Virus record (IMG/VR): IMGVR_UViG_3300024261_000009 | Location: 32,001-96,000 of that record | DNA from: a virus | Reading direction: 5' to 3' (one strand) | DNA: 64,000 nucleotides | Part shown: positions 45,093 to 54,401 of the stretch, in pieces | How positions within the stretch are numbered: position 1 is the stretch's first letter | Layout of the letters: every line of letters begins with the position of its first letter | Program-made: the position numbers and the translations under genes | Notes under the pieces: generated by a model | Databases searched by the model: none | What the model was told of the DNA's origin: nothing | The model's input: the letters and a program-made list of their open reading frames with translations, nothing else

Positions 45093-46010
45093 ATGCCAAA
45101 GATTGAGACATCTGAGCTCAGTGCTCAGTTCATAAATCAAAATTTCGTTCGTAAGCTCGAGGAAGGCCGCACTAAAGAAGCGGCTGACGAAGGCTCACGA
45201 TTTATTCGTTCTAAGATGCGTCAAGACTCGTTCGCTCGAGAAATCCTTGAACCCGTTGAGTTGGGTCCAGACGAGATCGACCGAGACGAGAACACTGACC
45301 AGCCTAAGAAGATCATCGAGAAGGAGCCGGATAGCACAGCGACTTTCGCTACTTTTAAGGGCACAGGCCAGCGGACCTTCTTCAAGGGTCCACGCTACTC
45401 TGTTCCTTTTGGTAAGGTAGAGAGCCAGCACTTCACGAAGTCGAAGTTTGAACTTCTGACTTACCAGAACGATATCCGCAAGATCTTGACCGATAACTCG
45501 GTTAAGGACATGGCTGAGCAAGAAGACCAGAAGTTCATGGATCTTGTAAATGCTGCTATTGGTGTTAGTTCTAACAGTGCAAACGGTGGTGCTGATTTCA
45601 ACGGTGCTGGTCACATCAAGCAAGGTATCCAAATGCTGCTTAATAAGCAGATCCCTTGTGGTAAGATCCTCATGAGTAAGCATCTGTACTATGAGATCCT
45701 GGATTGGACTCAGACGACCTTCGGGGACACAGTTGCTGGTCGTCACTATGACGATGGCATCGAGGGTGAGAAAACACTCTTTGGTTTCCCTGTTATCACG
45801 ACTATCCGACGTGACATGCTCAAGGTCAATAATGATGACGCGATGTACTTCTTCGCTCCAGAGAATTACCTCGGTAATTTCTTCTTGTTGCAAGATGCTA
45901 CCCTGTTCATCAAACAGGAAGCGGACATGATCGAATTCTGGAGCTATAGCGCCCCAGGCATCGGCATCGGTAATACCAACGCAGTTGCTCGAGTGATTGT
46001 TAAAGACTAA
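45093..46010 (+). CDS. Major capsid protein (HK97 fold, short encapsulin-like type)
   Basis: 305 aa, RBS AAGGAG, optimised codons, follows the protease/scaffold genes and precedes a strong terminator; capsid-like C-terminus (EFWSYSAPGIGIGN). Confidence 0.75.
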   Translation: MPKIETSELSAQFINQNFVRKLEEGRTKEAADEGSRFIRSKMRQDSFAREILEPVELGPDEIDRDENTDQPKKIIEKEPDSTATFATFKGTGQRTFFKGPRYSVPFGKVESQHFTKSKFELLTYQNDIRKILTDNSVKDMAEQEDQKFMDLVNAAIGVSSNSANGGADFNGAGHIKQGIQMLLNKQIPCGKILMSKHLYYEILDWTQTTFGDTVAGRHYDDGIEGEKTLFGFPVITTIRRDMLKVNNDDAMYFFAPENYLGNFFLLQDATLFIKQEADMIEFWSYSAPGIGIGNTNAVARVIVKD

Positions 46011-46037
46011 ACCTACTTAGTTTTTAAGTTGTGTACT

Positions 46038-46073
46038 AAGAGCCGTAGGGGTTATTATCCTCTACGGCTTTTT
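46038..46073 (+). terminator. Rho-independent terminator after the MCP gene
   Basis: AGCCGTAGGGG-TTATTAT-CCTCTACGGCT followed by TTTT. Confidence 0.85.
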
Positions 46074-46090
46074 AGTTTGAGGAAAATAAA

Positions 46091-46453
46091 ATGAAGATTA
46101 AAATAATAAATAAGAGCTCAGAACCAATTAAGATTGGTCCTACCCGGGTTCCTGCTTCAGGCGAAACCTGGGTAGACATGGGCAGTTTACCCCGAGCAAA
46201 GAAGGCTGCTGCCCGAGGAGAGCTAGTTCTTCTCTACTGCCCTCGTGAAGACTGCAACCCAGTGTGTGAACCCAAGGCTGAGGAACCCAAGGCTGAGGAA
46301 CCCAAGGCTGAGGAACCCAAGGCTGAGGAACCCAAGGCTGAGGAACCCAAGGCTGAGGAACCCAAGGCTGAGGAACCCAAGGCTGAGGAACCCCCAGCAC
46401 CTCGGAGACGAAGAGGTCGTAGAAAGAAGTCTGAAATTTCGGAGGAGGACTGA
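46091..46453 (+). CDS. Small protein with (PKAEE)8 linker and Arg-rich tail
   Basis: Short beta N-domain, repeat, then PRRRRGRRKKS. Confidence 0.7.
   Translation: MKIKIINKSSEPIKIGPTRVPASGETWVDMGSLPRAKKAAARGELVLLYCPREDCNPVCEPKAEEPKAEEPKAEEPKAEEPKAEEPKAEEPKAEEPKAEEPPAPRRRRGRRKKSEISEED
46271..46390 (+). repeat. 8 x 15-bp perfect coding tandem repeat (PKAEE)
   Basis: CCCAAGGCTGAGGAA x8. Confidence 0.98.
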
Positions 46454-46770
46454 TGACAACCGGGGTGAGACTAGTTAATAACACAGAAGCTCAGATAGTG
46501 ATATTCGGGGTAAAATTCACACCTGGAAAACCTACGTTTATCTCAGAGGACCTACTTAGGAAGTCTGAAACCTCCTACTACCTTAGTAAGGGCATACTTA
46601 CTCCGTACGAAAATACGCGCGTAGCTGCATCCGAGGAGGTTAAGGAGTCCCCTAAGGTTAAGGAGTCCCCCGTAAAAGAGGAACCCAAGACAGAATCCTC
46701 TAAAGAGGAGGTTAAAAAACCTCGCAGACGCAGAAGAACGAGAAAACCCGCAGCCAACAAGAAAGAGTAG
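46453..46770 (+). CDS. Small protein of the same architecture (N-domain, KESP/EEPK linker, Arg-rich tail)
   Basis: VKESPKVKESPVKEEPK...PRRRRRTRKP. Confidence 0.7.
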   Translation: MTTGVRLVNNTEAQIVIFGVKFTPGKPTFISEDLLRKSETSYYLSKGILTPYENTRVAASEEVKESPKVKESPVKEEPKTESSKEEVKKPRRRRRTRKPAANKKE

Positions 46771-46773
46771 TCT

Positions 46774-47583
46774 GTGACTCTGAAGCTAAGACCCTTAGTT
46801 TCCGCAAAGAAGGAAACAACAGAAACGATACCGGTAACTAACGCGTCAGCGGTAGACGTGCCGTCCGCTATGGCTGTGCGTATATCCAGCGTTGGGGCTC
46901 TCGAGCTGGCCAGCGCTGCCTCGGCGGGTACCAGCGATGTACTGGGCTTTATAGCCGAGAGTGTTACCGCCAACTCTGCGGCACGGATAATAACCCAGGG
47001 AACCACCCCCTACACTCTCGAGGTCGTTACGCCCCCAGCCCAAGAATTTACTTTATACTCGGGCCAAGAATTGTTCCTGTCGGACTCCCAACCGGGGCAC
47101 TTGACGCCTATAGCCCCCACAGGGGCGGCGTCCCAGGTGGTATCCGTGGGTAGGGCCCTAGGAGGCCTTTTGATAATAGCCATAAATAGGTCCCGGGAAG
47201 TTGTTATAGGAGAAGCGTTATACCTGGAAAACTCTTCATCAGCAGACATCCCCGCAGGAGTCGCTCTGTACGTTGATTCGAACGGGGATGTACAATACGC
47301 GGACGCTTCGACAGAGCCTACCTCCAGGATTATAGGTGTTACCGGGGAAACAGTGTTGGCGGGTCAATCTGGGATGGTTCGTCCCTCAGGTCTGTCAGGA
47401 TTTACGCTAGCTAGTGACAGCGCAGAAGCTTTGCCCGGGGAGATGTTATTTCTGTCTTCTACGGAGCCTGGAAAATTAACAAAATCCCCCCCAACGGGTC
47501 CCGGTAATGTTATTGTCCCCGTCGGAAGACTGGTTAACAGTAAAGTACTTCTGGAAATACAATCCGGAATCGTTTTAGGCTAA
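46774..47583 (+). CDS. Structural protein with two copies of a cement/decoration-type beta domain
   Basis: LFLSDSQPGHLTPIAPT / LFLSSTEPGKLTKSPPT, each preceded by a VLGF/IIGV segment. Confidence 0.6.
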   Translation: MTLKLRPLVSAKKETTETIPVTNASAVDVPSAMAVRISSVGALELASAASAGTSDVLGFIAESVTANSAARIITQGTTPYTLEVVTPPAQEFTLYSGQELFLSDSQPGHLTPIAPTGAASQVVSVGRALGGLLIIAINRSREVVIGEALYLENSSSADIPAGVALYVDSNGDVQYADASTEPTSRIIGVTGETVLAGQSGMVRPSGLSGFTLASDSAEALPGEMLFLSSTEPGKLTKSPPTGPGNVIVPVGRLVNSKVLLEIQSGIVLG

Positions 47584-47606
47584 AAAATCAATAGGAGAAT
47601 TTAACA

Positions 47607-47990
47607 ATGTCTAATGAACAAGAAGAACTATTTAACGCGTGGCTCGAGCTTAGATCCTACGCAAGAACAGCTATTGGAGCGTACTCCCAGGATAAGGCCC
47701 GAATAGAGGAACAAACTCAAGCCTTCTCCAACAAGTGGGATTCTATTAAGGACGAGGAGAAGGGCTGGAATACCCTACTGGCGGTCGCAGAACAGAAGAA
47801 GAACAACGTGTTCGCCGCTCAACAAAATAAGGACGCTCCTTTCCCCGACCTATCCTTGAGTACCGAGGAGATCCTCAAGGCTATTGGAGATTTTATCTCA
47901 GGGGTTAGGCCTGTGCTCGTGGGTCCGCAGCCAGAGGAAGCTGTCGCTCAAGAGGCGGTACCGAGCGACCCAGATTCTTCAGAAGAGTAA
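47607..47990 (+). CDS. Hypothetical protein (helical; possibly a fibre chaperone)
   Basis: RBS AGGAG; 127 aa. Confidence 0.6.
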   Translation: MSNEQEELFNAWLELRSYARTAIGAYSQDKARIEEQTQAFSNKWDSIKDEEKGWNTLLAVAEQKKNNVFAAQQNKDAPFPDLSLSTEEILKAIGDFISGVRPVLVGPQPEEAVAQEAVPSDPDSSEE

Positions 47991-48146
47991 CTTTTTCTCT
48001 TCGTTGTTGGGCTTTAAAAAGTCTAACGCCCACCTCCTAAATAAGAGCAAATATTATCCATGGCCTAAAGCCTTTAACCTACCCATAGTTGTGTGGGAGG
48101 CCCTGGAAAACCTCGATATTTAACCCTCTTTAGGAGAGAACGAAGA

Positions 48147-51100
48147 ATGCCTAAGTATATAGTATTTGATCAGACCACAGGTGTCCGTAAGGAATCTGGA
48201 GTCACCTCGGAAGACGCTGACCTTAACTTGCTCGACGGTTCCTCGGTCGGGACCGTAGCTAATAGTAAAGCTGTTATTTACAGTGCCGCGGGCAACGTAG
48301 CGGCAACGACCTTAAGCTCTACAGGAGCTGCTACTCTTGATTCGGGTGGTGCTGGCTCAAGTTTTGGCGGTGCACTTGCTTTGGGCGGTGCTCTTAGTGG
48401 TGTAACCACTCTCGGTTCTAGTGGTGCGGCTACTCTTGACTCCGGCGGAGCTGGTTCGAGTTTTGGCGGTGCGCTTGCCGTAACGGGCACTATCTCAGCC
48501 GCTACTGCCTCGTCTGTTGGTAACATAACCCTAGCTAACGGCAGTATTACTGACTCCAGTGGTGCTATCAGCTTTGGTAATGAAAACCTAAGTACTACGG
48601 GTACTCTTGGTTGTGGTGTCCTAACCGCAGCTACCGGCTCTGCCGTAGGTAACTTGACCCTGGCTAACGGCAGCATCACTGACTCCAGTGGCGCTATCAG
48701 CTTTGGTAACGAGAATCTCAGTACTTCAGGCACGCTAGCTTCTGGTAACTTGAGTGTCACGGGTACTGCGGGTGTCTCTGGTGCAGCAACGATGAGCGGA
48801 AGCCTCACTGTTGTGGGAGAGGCGGTCTTTACCGCAGAAGTACTCCCCGCTTCAACATCGGCCAATACCGACATTGGTGGTGAGTATGGAACTAGCGGTA
48901 CTTTCCAAGAGTATAGTAGCGTAACGTGGTACTCTGACTCGAGTCTCAGCACCCAAGTCAGCGTTGTTAGTGCCATCTACCCTACAGCTACTTTCTACTC
49001 GGACAGCTTTGGTGGAACAGTAGTATCTTCTTCAGGACAGACCTCAACCTTAATGCGGCTCTCTTGGAGTTCCGGCAATGTTGATGCTTCCTCGGATTTT
49101 CTTTGGGCAGAGATGAGCAGTGCCAAGATGGCCGTCTCTTCCTCCTCTATAGACCGCGCTAACAACCGCATTGACGTTACCCTGTCCAGCGCATTCACCC
49201 ACCAAGGATACTCCCCTTCAGTTACGGCACAGTTCTCTGCAACGAGTACTGCGCAGTACGCCAAGGTCCCTGTCAATGACTACAACGAAGGCTACCACAG
49301 CTTTAGCACCAGTACGGTGTTCACTGACGCAGTCGTAGCTATAGGGTCTAGTGATACGCATGACTTCGGCACTCCCTCTGCTTTTGACTATACCGACGGC
49401 TCAGGGGACGCGAACTACATAAAGGTTTCTTGGGGGTCTGCGTTTAAGCCAGCCTCACAAGGTCTTAAGGTAACCTACGGTGCTACTGAGACTCGCTATT
49501 TCCGAGACGTTCTTGCTAAGAGAGCCTTTCGCCTTAAGAATCTCGAAAGTGGGTCGGCTCCTTCGCTCCTAGCGTCGGGAACAGACTCGGCTCTGTATGT
49601 TAAAGACGCAGACAGCAAGGGTGAGCTTCACTTCTTGAATCCCGAAGGTGACGCGGCGGTTCAAATTACGGCTGGTGGTAAGATCAACGCTGGTGCCATG
49701 GAGCTCGCTTCTACAAGTGCTCTCCAGGACAACAGTGGTTTAGACCTTAAGGGCAGCTTGGCTGGCACCGGTCTTAGTATGGCTTCTCAGGTGCTTAGTG
49801 TTGACGCGTCTCAGGCGCAGATCACTACGCTGGTAGGCCTTGCAAGCGCGGGTGTCTCGGGGTCTGATGTAGACTTCGCCGGTAATGTAATAGTTTCCGA
49901 GGACCTCACGGTCCAGGGTAACTTGACCATCACAGGTGATATCGACTCCTACAGTGTCACGGTACTTGATGTAGCCGACAAGGAGATCCGACTAAACTCG
50001 GGTCAGACAGGTTCCGCAGGCCTAGACGGTGCGATTGTTGTCGAGCGTGGTGACGATACTAACGCTAAACTACTCTGGAAAGAATCAGACGACAAGTGGT
50101 ACCAGGACCGAGCAGGCACAGAGACCGTCGTTGCTATCAGCACTGACGAGCTTGCTGAAGGTTCTAGTTCACTATACTTCACTGATGCACGTGCCCGAGC
50201 CGCAATAAGTGCCACGGATAACTCAGCCTCTAGTCGAGGCGCTCTTAGCTACAACAGCACCTCTGGTGTGTTAACCTACGAGGGTATCTCGGCTGCAGAA
50301 GTACGTGGAGATATCTCGGTAACCGACGCGGGCGGTGACGGTAGCTTAGCCTACAACAGCACGTCGGGTGTTATCACCTACACAGGTCCTAGTGCTGCTG
50401 AGGTTCGTGCTCACCTCTCTGCGGGTGAAGGTATTGATATCTCAAGCGGAGAGATCTCCGGTGAAGATGCGACCGACGCTAACAAGGGTATCGCAAGCTT
50501 TGCTTCGGCAGACTTCAGCGTAGCAAGCGGTGCTGTTAGCCTTGTTGACCTAACGGTCGCTCACATGGCTGCGGACTCTATAGTACTAGAGGCTGAGGGA
50601 ATCGGGAGTAACGATAGTGACTCCATGCTTCCTTCAGCTGCTGCTGTTAAGGACTACGTTGACGCGCAGGTTACTGCTCAGGATCTAGACTTTCAGGGTG
50701 ATTCTGGCGGTGCTCTTAGCATCGACCTGGATTCGGAAACCTTGATCCTAGCTGGCGGAACAGGCATCGATTCCTCGGGCTCTTCGAACACGCTGACCTT
50801 TGCTATTGACAGCACTGTTTGCACCCTTACGGATGCTCAGACCTTGACCAACAAGGTGATGACTAGCCCAGACCTTAACACTCCTGACATTGACGGGGGT
50901 TCTATTGACTCGGCTATAATCGGTGGTTCTACGGCCGCTGCAGGTGCTTTCACTGAGCTGAAGTACCACAAGGACAACGGTCTTTGGATAGAGGGCTTCT
51001 CCGGCTCTTTTACTAGCGGTGACAAAAAGGTTGTCTACTTCTCAGCGGACAACACACTATCTGCTGCTGATGCTGATGAGACCGCACAAGCACCAGCGGG

Positions 51101-51368
51101 TGTTTGGCACCAGGGCGCTTCCTCAGGCAAATTCTGCGCCGAAGGTGTGGTTGAGGTTGAGGTTGAGTCAGCAGTCGAAATCGCTGTTGGTAAGGCAGTA
51201 TACTTATCAGCTTCGGGAACCGGAGAAGGTAAGGTTTGTCTGTATGACGATCTGTCTTCTGGTGACTTAGTAGTTAGACTAGGTACCTCGGTAGCCGCGA
51301 ATGCCTCGGCAGGCGCTAATGTTAAGATCCTGCTTAATATTGCTACAGACCCGTACATCAAGGGCTAA
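48147..51368 (+). CDS. Long fibre / structural protein with internal repeats
   Basis: ATG 48147 follows AGGAG; S/G/T/A-rich; duplicated GAATLDSGGAGSSFGGALA, LANGSITDSSGAISFGNENLST and YNSTSGV(L/I)TY..SAAEVR blocks; C-terminal cement-type domain. Confidence 0.75.
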   Translation: MPKYIVFDQTTGVRKESGVTSEDADLNLLDGSSVGTVANSKAVIYSAAGNVAATTLSSTGAATLDSGGAGSSFGGALALGGALSGVTTLGSSGAATLDSGGAGSSFGGALAVTGTISAATASSVGNITLANGSITDSSGAISFGNENLSTTGTLGCGVLTAATGSAVGNLTLANGSITDSSGAISFGNENLSTSGTLASGNLSVTGTAGVSGAATMSGSLTVVGEAVFTAEVLPASTSANTDIGGEYGTSGTFQEYSSVTWYSDSSLSTQVSVVSAIYPTATFYSDSFGGTVVSSSGQTSTLMRLSWSSGNVDASSDFLWAEMSSAKMAVSSSSIDRANNRIDVTLSSAFTHQGYSPSVTAQFSATSTAQYAKVPVNDYNEGYHSFSTSTVFTDAVVAIGSSDTHDFGTPSAFDYTDGSGDANYIKVSWGSAFKPASQGLKVTYGATETRYFRDVLAKRAFRLKNLESGSAPSLLASGTDSALYVKDADSKGELHFLNPEGDAAVQITAGGKINAGAMELASTSALQDNSGLDLKGSLAGTGLSMASQVLSVDASQAQITTLVGLASAGVSGSDVDFAGNVIVSEDLTVQGNLTITGDIDSYSVTVLDVADKEIRLNSGQTGSAGLDGAIVVERGDDTNAKLLWKESDDKWYQDRAGTETVVAISTDELAEGSSSLYFTDARARAAISATDNSASSRGALSYNSTSGVLTYEGISAAEVRGDISVTDAGGDGSLAYNSTSGVITYTGPSAAEVRAHLSAGEGIDISSGEISGEDATDANKGIASFASADFSVASGAVSLVDLTVAHMAADSIVLEAEGIGSNDSDSMLPSAAAVKDYVDAQVTAQDLDFQGDSGGALSIDLDSETLILAGGTGIDSSGSSNTLTFAIDSTVCTLTDAQTLTNKVMTSPDLNTPDIDGGSIDSAIIGGSTAAAGAFTELKYHKDNGLWIEGFSGSFTSGDKKVVYFSADNTLSAADADETAQAPAGVWHQGASSGKFCAEGVVEVEVESAVEIAVGKAVYLSASGTGEGKVCLYDDLSSGDLVVRLGTSVAANASAGANVKILLNIATDPYIKG

Positions 51369-51388
51369 TCCCACAGAGCCCCTTAAGT

Positions 51389-51416
51389 AGCCCTCCACTT
51401 TAAATAGTGGGGGGCT
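51389..51416 (+). terminator. Stem-loop terminator after the fibre gene
   Basis: AGCCCTCCACT-TTAAAT-AGTGGGGGGCT; weak U-tract. Confidence 0.55.
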
Positions 51417-51474
51417 TCTCCCCCTCCCCTATATTTAGATTGCTTAGTTATAACCAATATCTTAGGGTCATTTT

Positions 51475-51864
51475 ATGTCTAATATACGTCGAAGAAAGAG
51501 GTCCTCGGAGGAGCTGCCCCTGGGGGATGCCATCGAAAGACTTTTCCGTGTCCTAAACACCATATCTAGAGCGGGGCCCCATGAGGACCACACGAGGCTA
51601 ACTACCGAGAAGTCTCAGTTAGTCCAAGCCTTGAATGCCATCTCTGTGGAGATGGGCTTTGAGTGTAGAATAGACTTAAGCGGTCCCAACCCCAACCTGG
51701 TTGAAGAGGCTGAGCTCAGCGAGGTACCTACTGCGCTGGAGCTCATAAAACAGGGGGCAGAGTCCTCTTGCTGCCGAATAACAAAAGCTAAGGTTGCTAA
51801 TAGAGCAGAACCAGTAAACAAATCCCGCTCCAGGAGCGGGAGCACAAATAAGAGCAGGGGATAA
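51475..51864 (+). CDS. Hypothetical protein
   Basis: 129 aa. Confidence 0.55.
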   Translation: MSNIRRRKRSSEELPLGDAIERLFRVLNTISRAGPHEDHTRLTTEKSQLVQALNAISVEMGFECRIDLSGPNPNLVEEAELSEVPTALELIKQGAESSCCRITKAKVANRAEPVNKSRSRSGSTNKSRG

Positions 51865-51867
51865 TAT

Positions 51868-52197
51868 ATGTTTGACGCAGGACCCGTTACTTTTGGGCAG
51901 GTGATATTTATTAGTATGTTCTTTTACGGGACTACCTTCCTGATTAAGGACAGCACTATTCTTAAGAAGCCTCGGGAATGGGTATGTAGGGCCCCCTTCG
52001 TAGAGGCTCTATTGTCCTGCAGCTTTTGTACCGGTGTTTGGGTCGGCGGACTCTGGGGTGTCTGGAAGGGTAGCACACTTAAACTAGGCGCATGCGATTT
52101 TGTTGAAGCTATTGTAGTGTTCTCCATGGTGTCTGCCACCGCTTGCTATATAATTGATTTGATCACCCAACTAGCTGAGAAACGTCTGGAAGAGTAG
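51868..52197 (+). CDS. DUF1360-like membrane protein
   Basis: TM segments flanking LLSCSFCTGVWVG (CxxCxxxW). Confidence 0.65.
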   Translation: MFDAGPVTFGQVIFISMFFYGTTFLIKDSTILKKPREWVCRAPFVEALLSCSFCTGVWVGGLWGVWKGSTLKLGACDFVEAIVVFSMVSATACYIIDLITQLAEKRLEE

Positions 52198-52199
52198 TT

Positions 52200-53141
52200 A
52201 TGGCAAACCTTACCGCGCAGTTAGTACAGCCCCCAGGGCGAGCGTACGTAGCTTACTTGCGTAGGAACACGGACGAATTCTACTGGAACCCCACGACCTC
52301 CCAATTCAGTGCTCTTAACCTTAGTTCTGCGAATAACGCTACTAAGGACCCTTTCCGAATATCTTATGTAGAAGACGGAGCCAACCCCGGAAACTATAGT
52401 TGGAGTCTGGTAGTAGACGCCTTCATAGATGGGTCCTACACCTACGTAAGTCGGGAGCTTGTCGGTGGAGCGAACGGGACCGAGTACCCTGACGAGCAGG
52501 TTAAGACCGTTACTATAGCGAACGGGGTCGTGTCTGGGAGTGAGCTCAGCGCTGAAATTATATACTCAATAAACCGGTCGATATTTTCCTTTATTAAAAG
52601 GAATAGTGATGGAGCGTTTTATAACGCCGGTCAGGATAGGTTTGAACTATTCAACTCTGTGACGTCCCCCGAGGCCACCCGAGCCCCTTTTAGGGTTGTC
52701 TTCACGGAGGACCCTGCAGGTACGTATAAGTGGACTTTAGACGCCTCAGACTTTCTAGACGGAACCTACACCCTCAACACTAGGGAACTAAGCGCCGGTC
52801 TGGAATCCCTAGTAGCCGCTGACTACACAGTGACTGTTACAAAGGGTTCTGTTATCGAGGGAGCTGTTCTAGGGGAAGTAGCTTTGTCGCAAGATTCCGG
52901 GGGAATTGACAATTTACGATATGTTACTCCCGAGGGAGCTGCTATCGAAGGGGCCTCTATACGAGTTTATGCTCGAGAAGACTGGGAGGCCGGTAACTTT
53001 TCTTTAGTAAAGGGCGTTTCTTACACAGATGCTCTCGGTAAGTGGCAAGTAGCGGTGTTCGTAGACTCGGGCAGAACGTACACGGTTGTGTTTAGTAAGC
53101 CCGGTTACTATGGACCAGACACCGTAGAAATAGTAGTATAG
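52200..53141 (+). CDS. Structural protein with tandem duplicated domain and C-terminal Ig/carboxypeptidase-regulatory-like domain
   Basis: RRNTDEF..PFRISY..DGSYTYVSREL vs KRNSDGA..PFRVVF..DGTYTLNTREL. Confidence 0.6.
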   Translation: MANLTAQLVQPPGRAYVAYLRRNTDEFYWNPTTSQFSALNLSSANNATKDPFRISYVEDGANPGNYSWSLVVDAFIDGSYTYVSRELVGGANGTEYPDEQVKTVTIANGVVSGSELSAEIIYSINRSIFSFIKRNSDGAFYNAGQDRFELFNSVTSPEATRAPFRVVFTEDPAGTYKWTLDASDFLDGTYTLNTRELSAGLESLVAADYTVTVTKGSVIEGAVLGEVALSQDSGGIDNLRYVTPEGAAIEGASIRVYAREDWEAGNFSLVKGVSYTDALGKWQVAVFVDSGRTYTVVFSKPGYYGPDTVEIVV

Positions 53142-53150
53142 GAAGTAGGT

Positions 53151-53618
53151 ATGCCCGTACAAGGAACCCCCGTTGCTCCCAAGAACTCTGAGGAAATATC
53201 TCCGGAAGAGGTTAGGCAATTTCTTCGGGACTACTCAGGCATGAACCCCCTATTAGATGATGTAGAATTCTCTAAGGAGGAGTGCGAGGTAGCTTTATCC
53301 AGGGCAGTTGATCTGAGTAATGTCTTGGCCCGGCCCACCTCTTGGACTGTGAGTAAATTCCCTAACAGGTATGTCCTGCTCATAGGGGCGACCTCACATC
53401 TGCTTAGGAGCGAGTCATTTAGGCAGCTTAGGAACCAGGCTACCTACCAGGACGGTAATATGCAGCCTATAGGAATTGATGATAAGCAATCATTATACGC
53501 GTCTCTCGGTGCGGCTCTGAGGAACGAGTTCGAACAGCTAGTTACCACCATGAAGGTCTCCCAAAATATGCAGGCGTGGAGTAACCTAAGGTCTCCCCTG
53601 TACTCGAGGTACAGCTAA
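53151..53618 (+). CDS. Head-tail adaptor (neck) protein
   Basis: About 155-aa helical protein at the start of the neck block; assigned by position and size. Confidence 0.55.
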   Translation: MPVQGTPVAPKNSEEISPEEVRQFLRDYSGMNPLLDDVEFSKEECEVALSRAVDLSNVLARPTSWTVSKFPNRYVLLIGATSHLLRSESFRQLRNQATYQDGNMQPIGIDDKQSLYASLGAALRNEFEQLVTTMKVSQNMQAWSNLRSPLYSRYS

Positions 53619-54401
53619 GTGGAACCTAGGATAACTAGAGTAATACCTCTTTACCCGAAGACCCACTTTGTTCAGTGGACACTAGACGATCCGGATAACC
53701 AGGTGGCCAGTTTCTCGTTACTTAGGTCTGGTAGTCCTGAAGGTCCTTTTGACACTGTGGTGTCAGGTCTAATGCCCAGCACCTTCTTCTTTAGTGATGA
53801 CTCCTTGGTTATGTCAGGACTAACCTCCAAGGTGTGGTACGTAGTCCAGGCAGTGCCCCTGACGGGGGCCATTAACAGCGTACTTAGTCTCCCCTTTTCA
53901 GTATCTTCAAACAAGTATGAAGCTAAGAACAAGATTCTTCGTAAGGCTCGGAGAGACCTAAAGATAACTCTGTCGAAACTTTCAGGGGTCCGCATAGTTG
54001 TCCTCAAGCGGAAAAGGTTTGGGGATAGGTGTACTAGCTGCTTTAACCCCGTGACCAAAGATGTTGTCACCTCCAGATGCTCTCTTTGCTACGGGACGGG
54101 TTACGAAGGGGGGTATCACCATGGGTACCCTACCTGGGGCAAGGTTGACCCTCCCTCCGTTCAAGAGATCTTTGATCGGTCGGGCGCTTCAGAGGTGTCC
54201 TTGTTTGGAATAACTATGCCAGACTACCCGCTAGTAGAGCTAGACGACGTAATCGTGGAAGTAGACACTAACCGTAGGTTTGTCGTTAAAAGGAAGTCCA
54301 GCACAGAGTCAAGAGGGTCCGTAGTGCATCAAGACTTACACGTTTCTGAACTTTCTAGATCTGCTGTAGAGTATTCAATCCCCGTGGAGTTAGCTAAGTA
54401 A
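53619..54401 (+). CDS. Neck/head-closure protein with Zn finger
   Basis: RCTSC...CSLCYGTGYEGGY; Fn3-like N-terminus. Confidence 0.55.
   Translation: MEPRITRVIPLYPKTHFVQWTLDDPDNQVASFSLLRSGSPEGPFDTVVSGLMPSTFFFSDDSLVMSGLTSKVWYVVQAVPLTGAINSVLSLPFSVSSNKYEAKNKILRKARRDLKITLSKLSGVRIVVLKRKRFGDRCTSCFNPVTKDVVTSRCSLCYGTGYEGGYHHGYPTWGKVDPPSVQEIFDRSGASEVSLFGITMPDYPLVELDDVIVEVDTNRRFVVKRKSSTESRGSVVHQDLHVSELSRSAVEYSIPVELAK

Noticed and set aside
46271-46390. Tandem repeats here and at 37133-37240 as CRISPR-like arrays
   Set aside because: There are no spacers; unit lengths are multiples of 3 and lie in frame within genes.
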